In this document: positions 20,480 to 31,156 of the stretch, in pieces
How positions within the stretch are numbered: position 1 is the first letter of the stretch
Layout: each line of letters opens with the position of its first letter
Source: Halorussus marinus
GTDB taxonomy: Archaea > Halobacteriota > Halobacteria > Halobacteriales > Haladaptataceae
DNA length: 64,000 bases
Reading direction: 5' to 3'
NCBI RefSeq assembly: GCF_004765795.1
Contig: NZ_SBIV01000006.1
Span: forward strand, 124,001 to 188,000
Notes under the pieces: model-generated
Seen by the model: the letters and a program-made list of their open reading frames with translations, nothing else
What the model was told of the DNA's origin: nothing
Databases searched by the model: none
Made by a program: the position numbers and the translations under genes

Positions 20480-20872
20480 ATGGCAGGAAACGATCCGCTG
20501 GCCAACGCACTCTCGGGCGTGGACAACGCCGAGAGCGTCGGGCATCTGAGCCACACGGTACAGCCCGCCTCGAACGAGATCGGCAGCGTACTCGAAGTCC
20601 TCTACGACCGAGGGTACATCGACGGCTTCGAGTTCGTCGACGACGGTAAAGCCGGAGAGTTCGAGGTCGAACTGAAAGGCGCAATCAACGAGTGCGGCGC
20701 GGTCAAGCCCCGGTACTCGGCCGGGGCCGACGAGTTCGAGAAGTGGGAGAAGCGGTTCCTCCCCGCCCGGGACTACGGGGCGCTCGTCGTCACGACCAGC
20801 CGCGGCGTCATGAGCCACTACGAGGCCCGCGAGCGCGGCGTCGGTGGCCAGATCATCGCCTACGTGTACTAA
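20480..20872 (+). CDS. rps8: 30S ribosomal protein S8
   Basis: [16 protein letters not shown]. Confidence 0.97.
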   Translation: MAGNDPLANALSGVDNAESVGHLSHTVQPASNEIGSVLEVLYDRGYIDGFEFVDDGKAGEFEVELKGAINECGAVKPRYSAGADEFEKWEKRFLPARDYGALVVTTSRGVMSHYEARERGVGGQIIAYVY

Positions 20873-20874
20873 CA

Positions 20875-21411
20875 ATGGCACGAGTAGAACTGGAAATTCC
20901 GGACGAGGTAACCGCCGAGATGGACCACCTCGAACTCACCGTCGAGGGTCCGAACGGCGCCGTCACCCGACGCCTCTGGTACCCCGACGTGACCGTCGAA
21001 ACGGACGACGGCTCGGTGGTCATCGAGAGCGAGGAGAACGACGCGAAGACGAACGCGACCGTCGGCACGTTCGAGAGCCACGTTCGCAACATGTTCCACG
21101 GCGTGACCGAGGGCTGGGAGTACACCATGGAGGTGTTTTACTCTCACTTCCCGATGCAGGTCCGCGCCGAGGGCGACGAGGTCGTCATCGAGAACTTCCT
21201 CGGAGAGAAAGCCCCGCGACGGACCGACGTTCACGGCGACACGACCGTCGACGTGGACGACGAGGTCGTCCGTCTCAGCGGCCCGAGCATCGAGGACGTC
21301 GGCCAGACCGCCGCGGACATCGAGCAGTTGACCCGCGTGCAGGACAAGGACACCCGCGTGTTCCAGGACGGCGTCTACATCACCGAGAAGCCCCAGACTG
21401 GAGGTGTCTAA
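20875..21411 (+). CDS. rpl6: 50S ribosomal protein L6
   Basis: YSHFPM, NFLGE, RVFQDGVY. Confidence 0.97.
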   Translation: MARVELEIPDEVTAEMDHLELTVEGPNGAVTRRLWYPDVTVETDDGSVVIESEENDAKTNATVGTFESHVRNMFHGVTEGWEYTMEVFYSHFPMQVRAEGDEVVIENFLGEKAPRRTDVHGDTTVDVDDEVVRLSGPSIEDVGQTAADIEQLTRVQDKDTRVFQDGVYITEKPQTGGV

Positions 21412-21414
21412 CGA

Positions 21415-22119
21415 ATGGCAGACGAACCCCAAGAGCTTGAAGACATCAGCGGCGTCGGCCCGAGCAAGGCCGACTCGCTGCGCGAGGCCGGCTTCGACGC
21501 CGTCGAGGACGTCAAGGCGGCCAGTCAGGACGAGCTCGCCGAGGTCGAAGGCATCGGGAACGCCCTCGCGGCCCGCATCAAGGCGGACGTGGGCGGGCTC
21601 GAAGTCGAGGACGAGACCGAGGCAGAGATCGAAGAAGACGAGACCGAAGCCGACGAGGCCGAGGCCGAGGAGGTCGAGACCGAACTCCAGCCCCGCGGGC
21701 TGGTCGACAAGACGCCCGACCTCACCGAGCGCGAGGAGGAACTGCTCGCCCAGCGCAAGCGCGTGGGCAAACCGCAGTTCAACCGTCAGGACTACCACAA
21801 GAAAAAGCGCACCCCGACCTCGTGGCGGCGTCCGAAGGGGACGCTGTCGAAACAGCGCCGCGGCATCAAGGGCAAGGGCCCGAAGGTCGAGGCGGGCTAC
21901 CGCACGCCGAAGGCGGTGCGCGGCAAGCACCCCAGCGGCTTCGAGGAAGTCCGCGTCCACAACGTCGACGACCTCGAGGGCGTCGACGGCGACCGCGAGG
22001 CGGTCCGCATCGCCTCGAAGGTCGGCGCCCGCAAGCGCGAGCGCATCGAAGAACAGGCAGAAGACCAGGGCGTCCGCGTCCTGAACCCGACCTACGAGGA
22101 AGTGGAGGTCGACGAATGA
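21415..22119 (+). CDS. rpl32e: 50S ribosomal protein L32e with N-terminal HhH domain
   Basis: [24 protein letters not shown]-terminal GVGPSKA/GIGNALA HhH pair. Confidence 0.96.
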   Translation: MADEPQELEDISGVGPSKADSLREAGFDAVEDVKAASQDELAEVEGIGNALAARIKADVGGLEVEDETEAEIEEDETEADEAEAEEVETELQPRGLVDKTPDLTEREEELLAQRKRVGKPQFNRQDYHKKKRTPTSWRRPKGTLSKQRRGIKGKGPKVEAGYRTPKAVRGKHPSGFEEVRVHNVDDLEGVDGDREAVRIASKVGARKRERIEEQAEDQGVRVLNPTYEEVEVDE

Positions 22120-22556
22120 CTGACCTGAACGCACAGAAGCGACTCGCCTCGGACGTGCTCGACGTCGGCGAGAACCGCGTCTGGTTCGACCCCGACGCGC
22201 AGGGCGACATCGCGGAGGCGATCACCCGCGAGGACATCCGCGAACTCGTCGAAGACGGCACGATTCGGGCCAAGGACAAGAAGGGCAACTCCCGCGGTCG
22301 CGCCCGCAAGCGCAAGCAAAAGCGCGACTACGGGCACCAGACCGGCCCCGGCACCCGCAAGGGGAAGGCGGGCGGTCGCCAGAACGAGAAAGAACAGTGG
22401 CAGAAGACGATCCGCGCACAGCGCCGGAAGCTCAAGGAACTCCGCGCCGAGGGTGAGATCACCCAGTCGCAGTACCGCGACCTCTACGACAAGGCGAAAG
22501 GCGGCGAGTTCCGGAGCGTCCGGTATCTGCTGAACTACATCGAGAGTAACTACTAA
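22116..22556 (+). CDS. rpl19e: 50S ribosomal protein L19e
   Basis: [17 protein letters not shown]. Confidence 0.97.
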   Translation: MTDLNAQKRLASDVLDVGENRVWFDPDAQGDIAEAITREDIRELVEDGTIRAKDKKGNSRGRARKRKQKRDYGHQTGPGTRKGKAGGRQNEKEQWQKTIRAQRRKLKELRAEGEITQSQYRDLYDKAKGGEFRSVRYLLNYIESNY

Positions 22557-22558
22557 CC

Positions 22559-23110
22559 ATGGCAACAGGACCACGATACACGGTGCCGATGCGCCGTCGC
22601 CGCGAGGTCCGGACCAACTACCATCAGCGGTTGCGCCTGCTGAAATCCGGTAAGCCCCGGCTGGTCGCTCGCAAGAGCAACAAGCACGTCAGGGCGCAGC
22701 TGGTCACGATGGGTCCGGACGGCGACGAGACAGTCGCGAGCGCCTTCTCGGGCGACCTCGAGGAGTACGGCTGGGAGGCCCCCACGGGCAATCTCCCGAG
22801 CGCGTACCTCACGGGGTACCTGCTCGGAAAGCGTGCGCTCGACGCGGGGTACGAGGAGGCGGTGCTCGACATCGGCCTCAACACCGCGACGCCCGGCAAC
22901 AAGGCCTTCGCGGTGCAGGAGGGCGCTATCGACGCCGGCCTCGAGATCCCCCACAACGAGTCGGTGCTCGCCGACTGGTCGCGTAACCGCGGCGAACACA
23001 TCGCCGAGTACGCCCAACAGCGCGACGAGCCCCTCTACAGCGGGGAGTTCGACGCGACGGAACTGCCCGAGCACTTCGACGACGTGCTCGAAACGCTACA
23101 GGAGGACTAA
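22559..23110 (+). CDS. rpl18: 50S ribosomal protein L18
   Basis: RRRREVRTNYHQRL, NLPSAYLTG. Confidence 0.97.
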   Translation: MATGPRYTVPMRRRREVRTNYHQRLRLLKSGKPRLVARKSNKHVRAQLVTMGPDGDETVASAFSGDLEEYGWEAPTGNLPSAYLTGYLLGKRALDAGYEEAVLDIGLNTATPGNKAFAVQEGAIDAGLEIPHNESVLADWSRNRGEHIAEYAQQRDEPLYSGEFDATELPEHFDDVLETLQED

Positions 23111-23113
23111 CAC

Positions 23114-23761
23114 ATGTGTGCAAACCACGACGGCTGGGAACCCCAGACCCGTCTCGGCCGCAAAGTCGCCGAGGGCGAGATCGACACGATGGAGGACGCC
23201 CTCAACTCCGGCCTCCCGCTGAAGGAGTCCGAACTCGTCGACCAGCTCCTGCCGGGGCTCGAAGACGAGGTACTGGACATCAACATGGTCCAGCGGATGA
23301 CCGACTCCGGTCGCCGCGTGAAGTTCCGATGCGTCGTCGCGATCGGTAACCGCGACGGCTACGTCGGCTACGCGGAGGGCCGCGACGATCAGGTCGGCGG
23401 GGCCATCCAGAAGGCGATCGACATCGCGAAGCTCAACCTCATCAAGGTCAACCGCGGCGCCGGGTCGTGGGAGGACCGAAGCGACCGACCCCACTCGCTG
23501 GCCCGCCGGACGACCGGCAAGGCCGGCTCGGTCGAGGTCGAACTGATCCCCGCCCCGACCGGGCTGGGACTCGCGGCGACCGACACCGTCCGGAAGATTC
23601 TGGAACTGGGCGGCGTCGAGAACGCCTGGACCAAGAGCCACGGCAACACCCGCACCACGCTCAACCTCGCCAAGGCGACCTACAACGCCCTGGAGAACGC
23701 CGCCGAGTCGCGCGGCCCGCGAGGTCAGGTGGACTTCGAAGAGGAGGTAGCCGACTCATGA
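23114..23761 (+). CDS. rps5: 30S ribosomal protein S5
   Basis: [17 protein letters not shown]. Confidence 0.97.
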   Translation: MCANHDGWEPQTRLGRKVAEGEIDTMEDALNSGLPLKESELVDQLLPGLEDEVLDINMVQRMTDSGRRVKFRCVVAIGNRDGYVGYAEGRDDQVGGAIQKAIDIAKLNLIKVNRGAGSWEDRSDRPHSLARRTTGKAGSVEVELIPAPTGLGLAATDTVRKILELGGVENAWTKSHGNTRTTLNLAKATYNALENAAESRGPRGQVDFEEEVADS

Positions 23762-24222
23762 AGGCGGTCGTCCAGATTCGGGGCGAAGTCGACATGAGCG
23801 GGGACATCCAGGACACCCTGGAGATGCTCAACATCCACCGCGTGAACCACTGCGCGCTGGTCCCCGACGGCGACGCCTACCGCGGGATGATCACGAAGGT
23901 CAACGACTACACCGCGTACGGCGAACCGAGCCAGGACGTGCTCGAAACCCTGCTCGAGAAGCGCGCCGAGCCCGCCGAGGGTTCGGCCGACGTCGACGAC
24001 GAGTGGGTCGCGGACAACACCGACTACGACGGCGTCAGCGACCTTGCGTCGGCACTGCTCGACGACGAGACGACCCTGCGCGAGCAGGGACTCGCACCGG
24101 TCCTTCGCCTCCACCCGCCGCGGGGCGGCCACGAGGGGCTCAAACACCCCGTCGTGGAGGGCGGCGAACTCGGCAAGCACGACACCGAGGAGATCGACGC
24201 GCTCCTCAAGGCGATGCGATAA
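23758..24222 (+). CDS. rpl30: 50S ribosomal protein L30
   Basis: RLHPPRGG. Confidence 0.97.
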   Translation: MKAVVQIRGEVDMSGDIQDTLEMLNIHRVNHCALVPDGDAYRGMITKVNDYTAYGEPSQDVLETLLEKRAEPAEGSADVDDEWVADNTDYDGVSDLASALLDDETTLREQGLAPVLRLHPPRGGHEGLKHPVVEGGELGKHDTEEIDALLKAMR

Positions 24223-24224
24223 CC

Positions 24225-24701
24225 ATGACGGACAAGAAACGACGACAGCGCGGCTCTCGCACCCACGGCGGCGGCACGCACAAGAACCGGCGCGGCGCCG
24301 GCAACCGCGGCGGCCGCGGGCGCGCGGGACGCGACAAACACGAGTTCCACAACTACGAACCGCTCGGCAAGCACGGCTTCTCCCGGCCGGAGAAGGTCAA
24401 AGAGGAGGTCCTGACCGTCACCGTCCAGAAGCTCGACGAGGACGCGGCCCTGCTGGCCGCCGACGGCGACGCCGAGGAGACCGACTCGGGCTACCGACTC
24501 GACGCTCGCGACATCGTCGACGACGGCTGGGACGTCGACGCCGTCAAGGTGCTCGGCGACGGCCAGGTCCGCAACGAGCTCGAAGTCACCGCCGACGCCT
24601 TCTCGGCGAGCGCGGTCGAGCTCATCGAGGAGGAGGGCGGCGAGGCGGTCCTCAGCGAGCGCGCCGAGGACGAAGACGACGAAGACGCCGACGACGAGTA
24701 A
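24225..24701 (+). CDS. rpl15: 50S ribosomal protein L15
   Basis: RGSRTHGGG, GGRGRAG, KVLGDG. Confidence 0.97.
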   Translation: MTDKKRRQRGSRTHGGGTHKNRRGAGNRGGRGRAGRDKHEFHNYEPLGKHGFSRPEKVKEEVLTVTVQKLDEDAALLAADGDAEETDSGYRLDARDIVDDGWDVDAVKVLGDGQVRNELEVTADAFSASAVELIEEEGGEAVLSERAEDEDDEDADDE

Positions 24702-24710
24702 CGTCTCGGA

Positions 24711-24728
24711 GTTTTTCCGTTCTTTTTC
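24711..24728 (+). terminator. Oligo-T terminator after rpl15
   Basis: GTTTTTCCGTTCTTTTTC 10 nt after the stop. Confidence 0.6.
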
Positions 24729-24889
24729 GGCGGCGAGCGCCAGCCGTAGTCGTCTTGCGGCGGCGAGCTCGACCGGCGCGTGCGCCGCTTTCCTACCGGG
24801 TTCGTGGCGAATAGACGCGGCGCTTCGCCGCGGTCGAACGTGATCCAAAGCGAAGCACATACAAGCCCCCGTCCGATGTATTGCGATAT

Positions 24890-26356
24890 ATGAGTTGGAA
24901 AGAGACGGCCGAACCAGTCCTCAGCCGGATGCCCTCCGTGAGACGGCCGGAGGGCCACGTCCCGTTCAAGCGAAAGCTTGGCTGGACCGCGGGCGTGCTG
25001 GTTCTGTACTTCTTCCTCACGAACATCTTCCTGTACGGTGCCAACGAGACTGCCGACGTGTTCGGCCAGTTCCGGTCGATCCTGGCCGGCGGGCAGGGGA
25101 CCATCCTCCAGCTCGGTATCGGACCGATCGTCACCGCGAGCATCGTGTTGCAGCTGCTCGGCGGTGCCGACCTGCTCGGGCTCGACACCGACGACCCCCG
25201 CGATCAGATCCTCTATCAGGGCCTCCAGAAGCTGCTGGTGGTCGTGATGATCTTCCTGACCGGCCTGCCGATGGTGTTCGCCGGCAACTTCCTGCCCGCG
25301 GACCCGCAGGTCGCCCAGAGCCTCGGGATCGGCCTCGGGGGCGTCAAGTGGCTCATCTTCGCCCAGATCGCCGTCGGGGGGATCCTCATCCTGTTCATGG
25401 ACGAGATCGTGAGCAAGTGGGGCGTCGGCTCCGGGATCGGGCTGTTCATCATCGCCGGCGTGAGCCAGCGGCTCATCGGCGGCCTGTTCGCGTGGCCCGG
25501 GCTCGGCGAGCGGACAGGTCTGCTCGCGACCTGGTGGGGGATCGTCTCGGGGAGCGCCCAGAACATGCCCTCGCTGCTGACCGGCGACGGCATCCAGTAC
25601 CTCCTGACCGGGCCGGGTGGCATCCTCGCCATCTTCACGACGGTGTTCATCTTCGCGGTCGTCGTGTACGCCGAGAGCGTCCGGGTCGAGATCCCGCTCA
25701 GCCACGCCCGCGTGAAGGGCGCGCGGGGTCGGTTCCCGGTGAAGCTCATCTACGCGAGCGTCCTGCCGATGATCCTCGTCCGGGCGCTCCAGATGAACAT
25801 CCAGTTCCTCGGGCGCATCCTCAACAGCCAGCTCGGGGCTATGCCCGCGTGGCTCGGCCAGTACAGCCAGGGCCAGCCGACCGGCGGGCTGTTCTACTAC
25901 CTCGCGCCGGTACAGTCGCCCCAGCAGTGGATGTGGTGGGCGGCGGGCGCGACCCAGGAGCCGTGGCAGATCATGATCCGGGTCGCGGTAGACCTCACCT
26001 TCATGGTGATCGGCGGCGCCATCTTCGCCATCTTCTGGGTCGAGACCACCGACATGGGCCCGGAGGCCACCGCCAAGCAGATCCAGAACTCCGGGATGCA
26101 GATCCCCGGCTTCCGCCAGAACACCGGCGTCATCGAGAAGGTGATGGAGCGGTACATCCCGCAGGTCACCGTCATCGGCGGCGCGCTGGTCGGCCTGCTC
26201 GCGGTGATGGCGAACATGCTCGGCACCATCGGCGACGTCTCGGGGACGGGGCTGTTGCTGACGGTCTCGATCACGTACAAGATCTACGAGGAGATCGCCG
26301 AGGAGCAGCTGATGGAGATGCACCCGATGATGCGGGACATGTTCGGCTCGGACTGA
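24890..26356 (+). CDS. secY: Preprotein translocase SecY
   Basis: LGIGPIVTASIVLQLL, KWGVGSGIGLFI, IPGFR, GTGLLL. Confidence 0.98.
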   Translation: MSWKETAEPVLSRMPSVRRPEGHVPFKRKLGWTAGVLVLYFFLTNIFLYGANETADVFGQFRSILAGGQGTILQLGIGPIVTASIVLQLLGGADLLGLDTDDPRDQILYQGLQKLLVVVMIFLTGLPMVFAGNFLPADPQVAQSLGIGLGGVKWLIFAQIAVGGILILFMDEIVSKWGVGSGIGLFIIAGVSQRLIGGLFAWPGLGERTGLLATWWGIVSGSAQNMPSLLTGDGIQYLLTGPGGILAIFTTVFIFAVVVYAESVRVEIPLSHARVKGARGRFPVKLIYASVLPMILVRALQMNIQFLGRILNSQLGAMPAWLGQYSQGQPTGGLFYYLAPVQSPQQWMWWAAGATQEPWQIMIRVAVDLTFMVIGGAIFAIFWVETTDMGPEATAKQIQNSGMQIPGFRQNTGVIEKVMERYIPQVTVIGGALVGLLAVMANMLGTIGDVSGTGLLLTVSITYKIYEEIAEEQLMEMHPMMRDMFGSD

Positions 26357-26420
26357 CCCCGATCCCGTCTCGCCCCGTCGCACCCAAACGTTTCTGTCGG
26401 TCGCCTCCGATTGCTGAGGC

Positions 26421-26885
26421 GTGAGCTCACTCGACGAACGCGATCACGAACCGCACGTCCGGCGAGCGATTCGGCTCGCCAGACGGGCCGGCGACCGGGG
26501 CGACGGCCCGTACGGGTCGGTGCTCGTCCGGGACGGCGACGTGGTGATGGAAGATACAAACCGCGAGCACACCGACGACGACATCGCGCTCCATCCGGAA
26601 CTCACGCTGGCGCGTCGCGCCGCTCGCGAACTCGACGCCGGCGAGCGGGCGGAGGCGGTGATGTACACTAGCACCGAGCCCTGCCCCATGTGCGCGGGCG
26701 CGATCGCCATCGCGGGACTGGGCGGCGTCGTGTACAGCGTCTCGGCCGCCGCCCTCGCCGAGGCGTTCGGCGGGCCCGAGAGCGTCCCCTGCGGCGAAAT
26801 CTTCGAGCGCCGCGGCCGGGAGATCCCGGTCGTCGGGGGCGTCCTCGACGAGGAGGGGCTGGCGCTCCACCGGGAGTTCCGGTAG
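26421..26885 (+). CDS. Zinc-dependent nucleoside/nucleobase deaminase
   Basis: HPE and EPCPMC zinc motifs. Confidence 0.88.
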   Translation: MSSLDERDHEPHVRRAIRLARRAGDRGDGPYGSVLVRDGDVVMEDTNREHTDDDIALHPELTLARRAARELDAGERAEAVMYTSTEPCPMCAGAIAIAGLGGVVYSVSAAALAEAFGGPESVPCGEIFERRGREIPVVGGVLDEEGLALHREFR

Positions 26886-26933
26886 CCGGCGCAGGTCACA
26901 GTCGTTAACCCCTGCGAGTGCGTTCGGTCGACG

Positions 26934-27659
26934 ATGACCGAACCCACCGACCGCGACCCCGCATCGACCGAGGCGGTCGCCGAGCGCCGCGACGAGGTCG
27001 TCGCGCGCGTGGCCGACCACGCCGGGACGATCGCGCGCGAACTCGCGCTGTTGCACGGCGGCGACTACGGCAAGCGGAGCTTCGAGACCGAGCGCGGCGA
27101 GTGGACGGTCAAGTACGAAGCCGGGGCGCTCCAGTTTCTCCTGTTCGACGGCGGTCGGACCGAGACGTACGTGGTCTCGACCAAGCATCCGCCCGACCCC
27201 GACCCACTCGCGACCGCCATGGAGGACTACGACGCGTTCGTGGCGGCGTACAACGACTACGTCGGGTCGCTCTCCGGGGTCCTCGACGACGTGGCCGACG
27301 AGTTCCCCGAGGTGGCCTCGACCGAATCGGTCGTCGCCGAGCGCGACCGGGTGCTCGGCGCGATCCGGGACGCGGCCGATCGGATGGCGCTCGAACTCTC
27401 CCGGTACGAGGCCGACGAGTACGGCACGTTCGCGGCGCGGGTCGATGGGACCCGGTGGGAACTCAAGTGGGACGTCGACGGCGCGAGCTACCTCCGGGTC
27501 GGCGGCGAGGGCGGGATCTATCTCCTCTCGCAGTACGAACAGCCCTCGGCCCGCGACGTGCGCCGGCTCGCGGGGGACGTCTCGGGGTTCGTGGCGGCGT
27601 TCAACGACCACGTCGAGGACCTCGATGCCGGCCTCTCGACGGTGTCGCTCGATCCGTAG
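26934..27659 (+). CDS. Hypothetical protein made of two homologous ~115-aa domains
   Basis: ASTE...YG...W..K...FVAA(Y/F)ND.V occurs twice. Confidence 0.8.
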   Translation: MTEPTDRDPASTEAVAERRDEVVARVADHAGTIARELALLHGGDYGKRSFETERGEWTVKYEAGALQFLLFDGGRTETYVVSTKHPPDPDPLATAMEDYDAFVAAYNDYVGSLSGVLDDVADEFPEVASTESVVAERDRVLGAIRDAADRMALELSRYEADEYGTFAARVDGTRWELKWDVDGASYLRVGGEGGIYLLSQYEQPSARDVRRLAGDVSGFVAAFNDHVEDLDAGLSTVSLDP

Positions 27660-28280
27660 TTACTCTCGACCGGCGGTCGCTCGGTCGGGTGCCGCCGCCC
27701 CGCCGGTTCGACCGACCCGGTAGCTGAGTCCCGCGATGAACGCCGCCGCGAGCGCGAACCCACCGATCGACTGGAGCCAGGTGTGAGCCCCCGCCAGCGG
27801 TCGGGCCGCCACCATTCCGATCGCCACCGCGAGCAGCGGCCAGAACCGGCGGTCCGCAGAGACGAGGTAGCCGGCGGGCGCGACGGCGTACGCGACGTGA
27901 CTCGAAACGTCCCAGAACGGCGTGATCGCGACGTGGACGACGGTGACCCCGAGCAGGAGCGCCGCGAACCGCGGGACGTGTCGGCCCCACTCTCGGAGGC
28001 GCCAGACGATCCCGATCAGCAGGATCCCGACCCCGAGCCCGACGCTCCCCGTGAAGTCCTCGCCCCACGACGGCACCGACTCGAAAACCGCGCCGGTCGA
28101 CTCGTAGATGGCGAACGCGACCGCCCATCCCGCGACGACGGCGAGCGCGCGTCCGGCGAGTCCGGCGGGACCGAACCGCCGCCGTCGCCACTCGTGTCCG
28201 ACGAGCGCGATCGTACAGAGGAGGACGAAGTACTCCGGAGCGAACGCCTCGGAGTACAGCCGTGCGAGCTCCGTTACCAT
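27660..28280 (-). CDS. PAP2-like membrane phosphatase
   Basis: Multiple TM helices; SSH and R.LAGAH...Q motifs. Confidence 0.6.
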   Translation of the reverse strand: MVTELARLYSEAFAPEYFVLLCTIALVGHEWRRRRFGPAGLAGRALAVVAGWAVAFAIYESTGAVFESVPSWGEDFTGSVGLGVGILLIGIVWRLREWGRHVPRFAALLLGVTVVHVAITPFWDVSSHVAYAVAPAGYLVSADRRFWPLLAVAIGMVAARPLAGAHTWLQSIGGFALAAAFIAGLSYRVGRTGGAAAPDRATAGRE

Positions 28281-28361
28281 ATCCGACAGGAGCCGACCGC
28301 CGTCCCATCATAGTTGTGGTTTCTCCGGGTTCGGCGTCGACCTGCTGGCGTCGGTCCCCGG

Positions 28362-29558
28362 CTAGGACTCCGACAAAACCTCTCTCGTCGCGGTTTTCAG
28401 GATTTCGAGCCCGGTCGCGGCGTCCGCGAGGTCGATGCACTCGTCGACCGCGTGGGCCTTCGAGAGGTCGCCCGGCCCCCAGATGACGGCGTCGATGCCT
28501 CGCTCGACGAACTCCCGGGCGTCGGTCGCGGCCGCCATCCCCCACGGCTCGGTCGGGGCGTCGGCCCGGTCGGCCGAGAGCCGGCGCAACCGCTCGGCCA
28601 GCGGGCTGTCGTCGGCGATCCCGGCCGAGGCGTAGTGCATCACGAGTTCGCGATCGGTCTCGACGCCCGCCTCGCGCTCGACGCCCGCGAACAGGTCGTC
28701 GAGCTCCGCCTCCACGTCCTCGAAGCGCTCGTCCGGGAGGATTCGCCGATCGAGCAACAGTTCCGCGCGCTCGGGGAGCACGGCCATGTTCGAATCGGTG
28801 CCGGCCGACAGCTCCGTGACCGTGGCGTAGGCCCGCCCGACGAGGTCGTCGACGCGCTCGCGGAGTCGGGCGTCGTACTCGTCGATCGCGACGAGCACCG
28901 GCCGGGCGGCGTCGATCGCGTTCGCGCCTTCGTCGGGGTGGCTGGCGTGGGCGGCGGCCCCGGCGACGCCGACCCGGAAGGTGGCGACCCCCTTCGCGCG
29001 CGTGCCGACCCGGAAGCCGGTGGGTTCGAGCACGACCGCGGCGTCCCCGCCGTAACCCGCATCGAGGAGGCTCGCGGTGCCGGGGTCGCCGGTCTCCTCG
29101 CCCATCGCGGCGTGGACCACCAGAGAGCCGTCGAGGTCGCCCGACTCGATCTCTGGCGCGAGGTCCCGGGCGGTCACCATCGCGAGCGCGATCCCCGTCT
29201 TCATGTCGGCGCTCCCCCGACCGTGGAGGCGGCCGTCGGCGATCGCGCCGGCGTAGGGGTCGTGGGTCCACGCCTCGCGGTCGCCGGCGGGTACCACGTC
29301 GGTGTGGCCGTTCAGCACGAGCGTGGGCCCGTCCTCGCGGTCGCCGACCTCGGCGACCGCCTGTGGGCGCTGGGCGCTTGGCTCCTCGAACAGCGTCGCG
29401 TCGATCCCCCGGTGGTCGAACCACTCGACGACGAACTCCGCGCAGGGCCGCTCGTTGCCCGGCGGGTTCTCCGTCTCGATGCGGACCAGTTCGGCGGCCA
29501 GCCCCGGCAGATCGTTGAGGTCGCTCGCAGTCGGGTCGGCGCCGGCCTCGCCGCTCAT
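28362..29558 (-). CDS. M20 metallopeptidase (ArgE/DapE family)
   Basis: NGHTDVVP, GRGSADMK, GEE, AHAVDE. Confidence 0.92.
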   Translation of the reverse strand: MSGEAGADPTASDLNDLPGLAAELVRIETENPPGNERPCAEFVVEWFDHRGIDATLFEEPSAQRPQAVAEVGDREDGPTLVLNGHTDVVPAGDREAWTHDPYAGAIADGRLHGRGSADMKTGIALAMVTARDLAPEIESGDLDGSLVVHAAMGEETGDPGTASLLDAGYGGDAAVVLEPTGFRVGTRAKGVATFRVGVAGAAAHASHPDEGANAIDAARPVLVAIDEYDARLRERVDDLVGRAYATVTELSAGTDSNMAVLPERAELLLDRRILPDERFEDVEAELDDLFAGVEREAGVETDRELVMHYASAGIADDSPLAERLRRLSADRADAPTEPWGMAAATDAREFVERGIDAVIWGPGDLSKAHAVDECIDLADAATGLEILKTATREVLSES

Positions 29559-29843
29559 GGGTCGCCCTCCGGGCCGGTCCGTCCCGGCGCGCCGCGTTCG
29601 TCTCCGCTCGCCGCGTTCGCCGTCGACTCGATTTGCCGCTCGTCTCCGGTCATGGCTACCAGTGTGAATGGGGCCCGTATAAGTGCAGGCGGTTCGACTG
29701 GGGACGGTTCGCACGATCCGGGTCGCGCAGGCACCGCGGGACCGCCCCCAGACGACGCCTATCGGAGCGTAGGCTCGGCCTGCGCCGCCGAACCGGAGTT
29801 AACGGTTCCCTATCTTAATGAGCGTCTACGCCGACCCGAGGGT

Positions 29844-31040
29844 ATGGCGACGACCGAGAACCGAAACGCCGTCCTCCTGCCGACGGGGTACGATCCGGCG
29901 ACGTACGCGTGTCTGCGGTCGCTCTCGGACCGCGGGCTCCGCGTGATCGTCGCGTCCCACCACGACGACGTCCCGGAGTTCGCCTCGCGGTTCTGCGACG
30001 AGGCGCTGACGATTCCCTCGCCCCACGACGACCTGCTCGCGTACAAGGACGCGCTGGTCGGCATCGCCGCCCGCTCCGACGTCCGCACGGTGGTCCCGAT
30101 CCGCGAGGAGGACAGCTACGTCCTCACGAAGTACCGCGAGGAGTTCGAGGCGTACGTCTCGCTCCTCGTGCCGGACCTCGAGACGCTCCGGAACGTCCAC
30201 GACCGAAAGCGACTGTTCGAGATCGCGGCGCAGGCGGGCCTGGCGGTGCCCGAAACCCGGCTCCTGAGCGAGGTCGACGACTGGAGCGAGGAGATGATCG
30301 TGAAGTCGCGGTACAACCTCCTGACCGACGAGTACCTCGACGCCTACGCCCCCGACGAGGCCGAGGAGGTCAAGACCGTCACCCACCTGCGCCCCGGCGA
30401 GCGCCCCGACAGCGAGGCGCTCGTCGCGCAGATGCACCACGAGCCGCTCGTCCAAGAGTACGTCGAGTCGAGCGACGAGTACCTCTTTGGGGCGGTGTGT
30501 GATCGGGGCGAACTCCTCTCGACGTTCCAGCACCGCCAGATCCGGGGCAACTCCTACACCGGCGGGGGCGGCGTCTACCGCGAGTCGGTCGACGTGCCCG
30601 CGCTCGAACGGGCCGGCCGGACCCTGCTGGAGGCCCTCGACTGGCACGGGGTCGCCTGCATCGAGTACATGCGCGACGCCGAGACCGGCGAGTTCGTACT
30701 CACCGAGATCAACCCCCGGATGTACCAGTCGCTTCCGTTGACGGTCCGGGCGGGCGCGGACTTCCCGCTCCACTACTGGCTGGCGGCGACTGACCGTCCC
30801 GACCGGGTCGAGTCGGGCTACGAGGTCGGCGCCGGGAGCCACCTCCTGTACGGCGAACTCGGCTACCTGCTGAGCGTGCTCCGGGACGACTCCCCGCACG
30901 TCGAGCGGCCCTCGCTCGCCGCCACCGCGTGGGAGATCCTCGCGTCGTGCTACGACCACCCGAACTTCGACTACCTCCGGCTCGACGACCCCGGCCCGTT
31001 CGTTCAGGGGGTCCGTCACATGCTCTCGGCGCGCGGGTGA
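29844..31040 (+). CDS. ATP-grasp carboxylate-amine ligase
   Basis: SRFCD, VKSR, VQEYV, EINPR. Confidence 0.85.
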   Translation: MATTENRNAVLLPTGYDPATYACLRSLSDRGLRVIVASHHDDVPEFASRFCDEALTIPSPHDDLLAYKDALVGIAARSDVRTVVPIREEDSYVLTKYREEFEAYVSLLVPDLETLRNVHDRKRLFEIAAQAGLAVPETRLLSEVDDWSEEMIVKSRYNLLTDEYLDAYAPDEAEEVKTVTHLRPGERPDSEALVAQMHHEPLVQEYVESSDEYLFGAVCDRGELLSTFQHRQIRGNSYTGGGGVYRESVDVPALERAGRTLLEALDWHGVACIEYMRDAETGEFVLTEINPRMYQSLPLTVRAGADFPLHYWLAATDRPDRVESGYEVGAGSHLLYGELGYLLSVLRDDSPHVERPSLAATAWEILASCYDHPNFDYLRLDDPGPFVQGVRHMLSARG

Positions 31041-31156
31041 GCCCGACGCGTTTGCCCCACTTTCATAACGGGTCGCCGGCCAGAACACGGTAGTCAGGAT
31101 GATCCGGGGACTCGCGGCGGCCGACGCGCACGCCCGTTCGACCGACGGTGGTATCG

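Noticed and set aside
21415..21700. HhH domain fused to L32e
   Set aside because: Known feature of haloarchaeal L32e proteins.
28314..29843. 500-aa N-terminal extension of the ATP-grasp ORF
   Set aside because: It is the antisense of the M20 gene; the real start is most likely ATG 29844.
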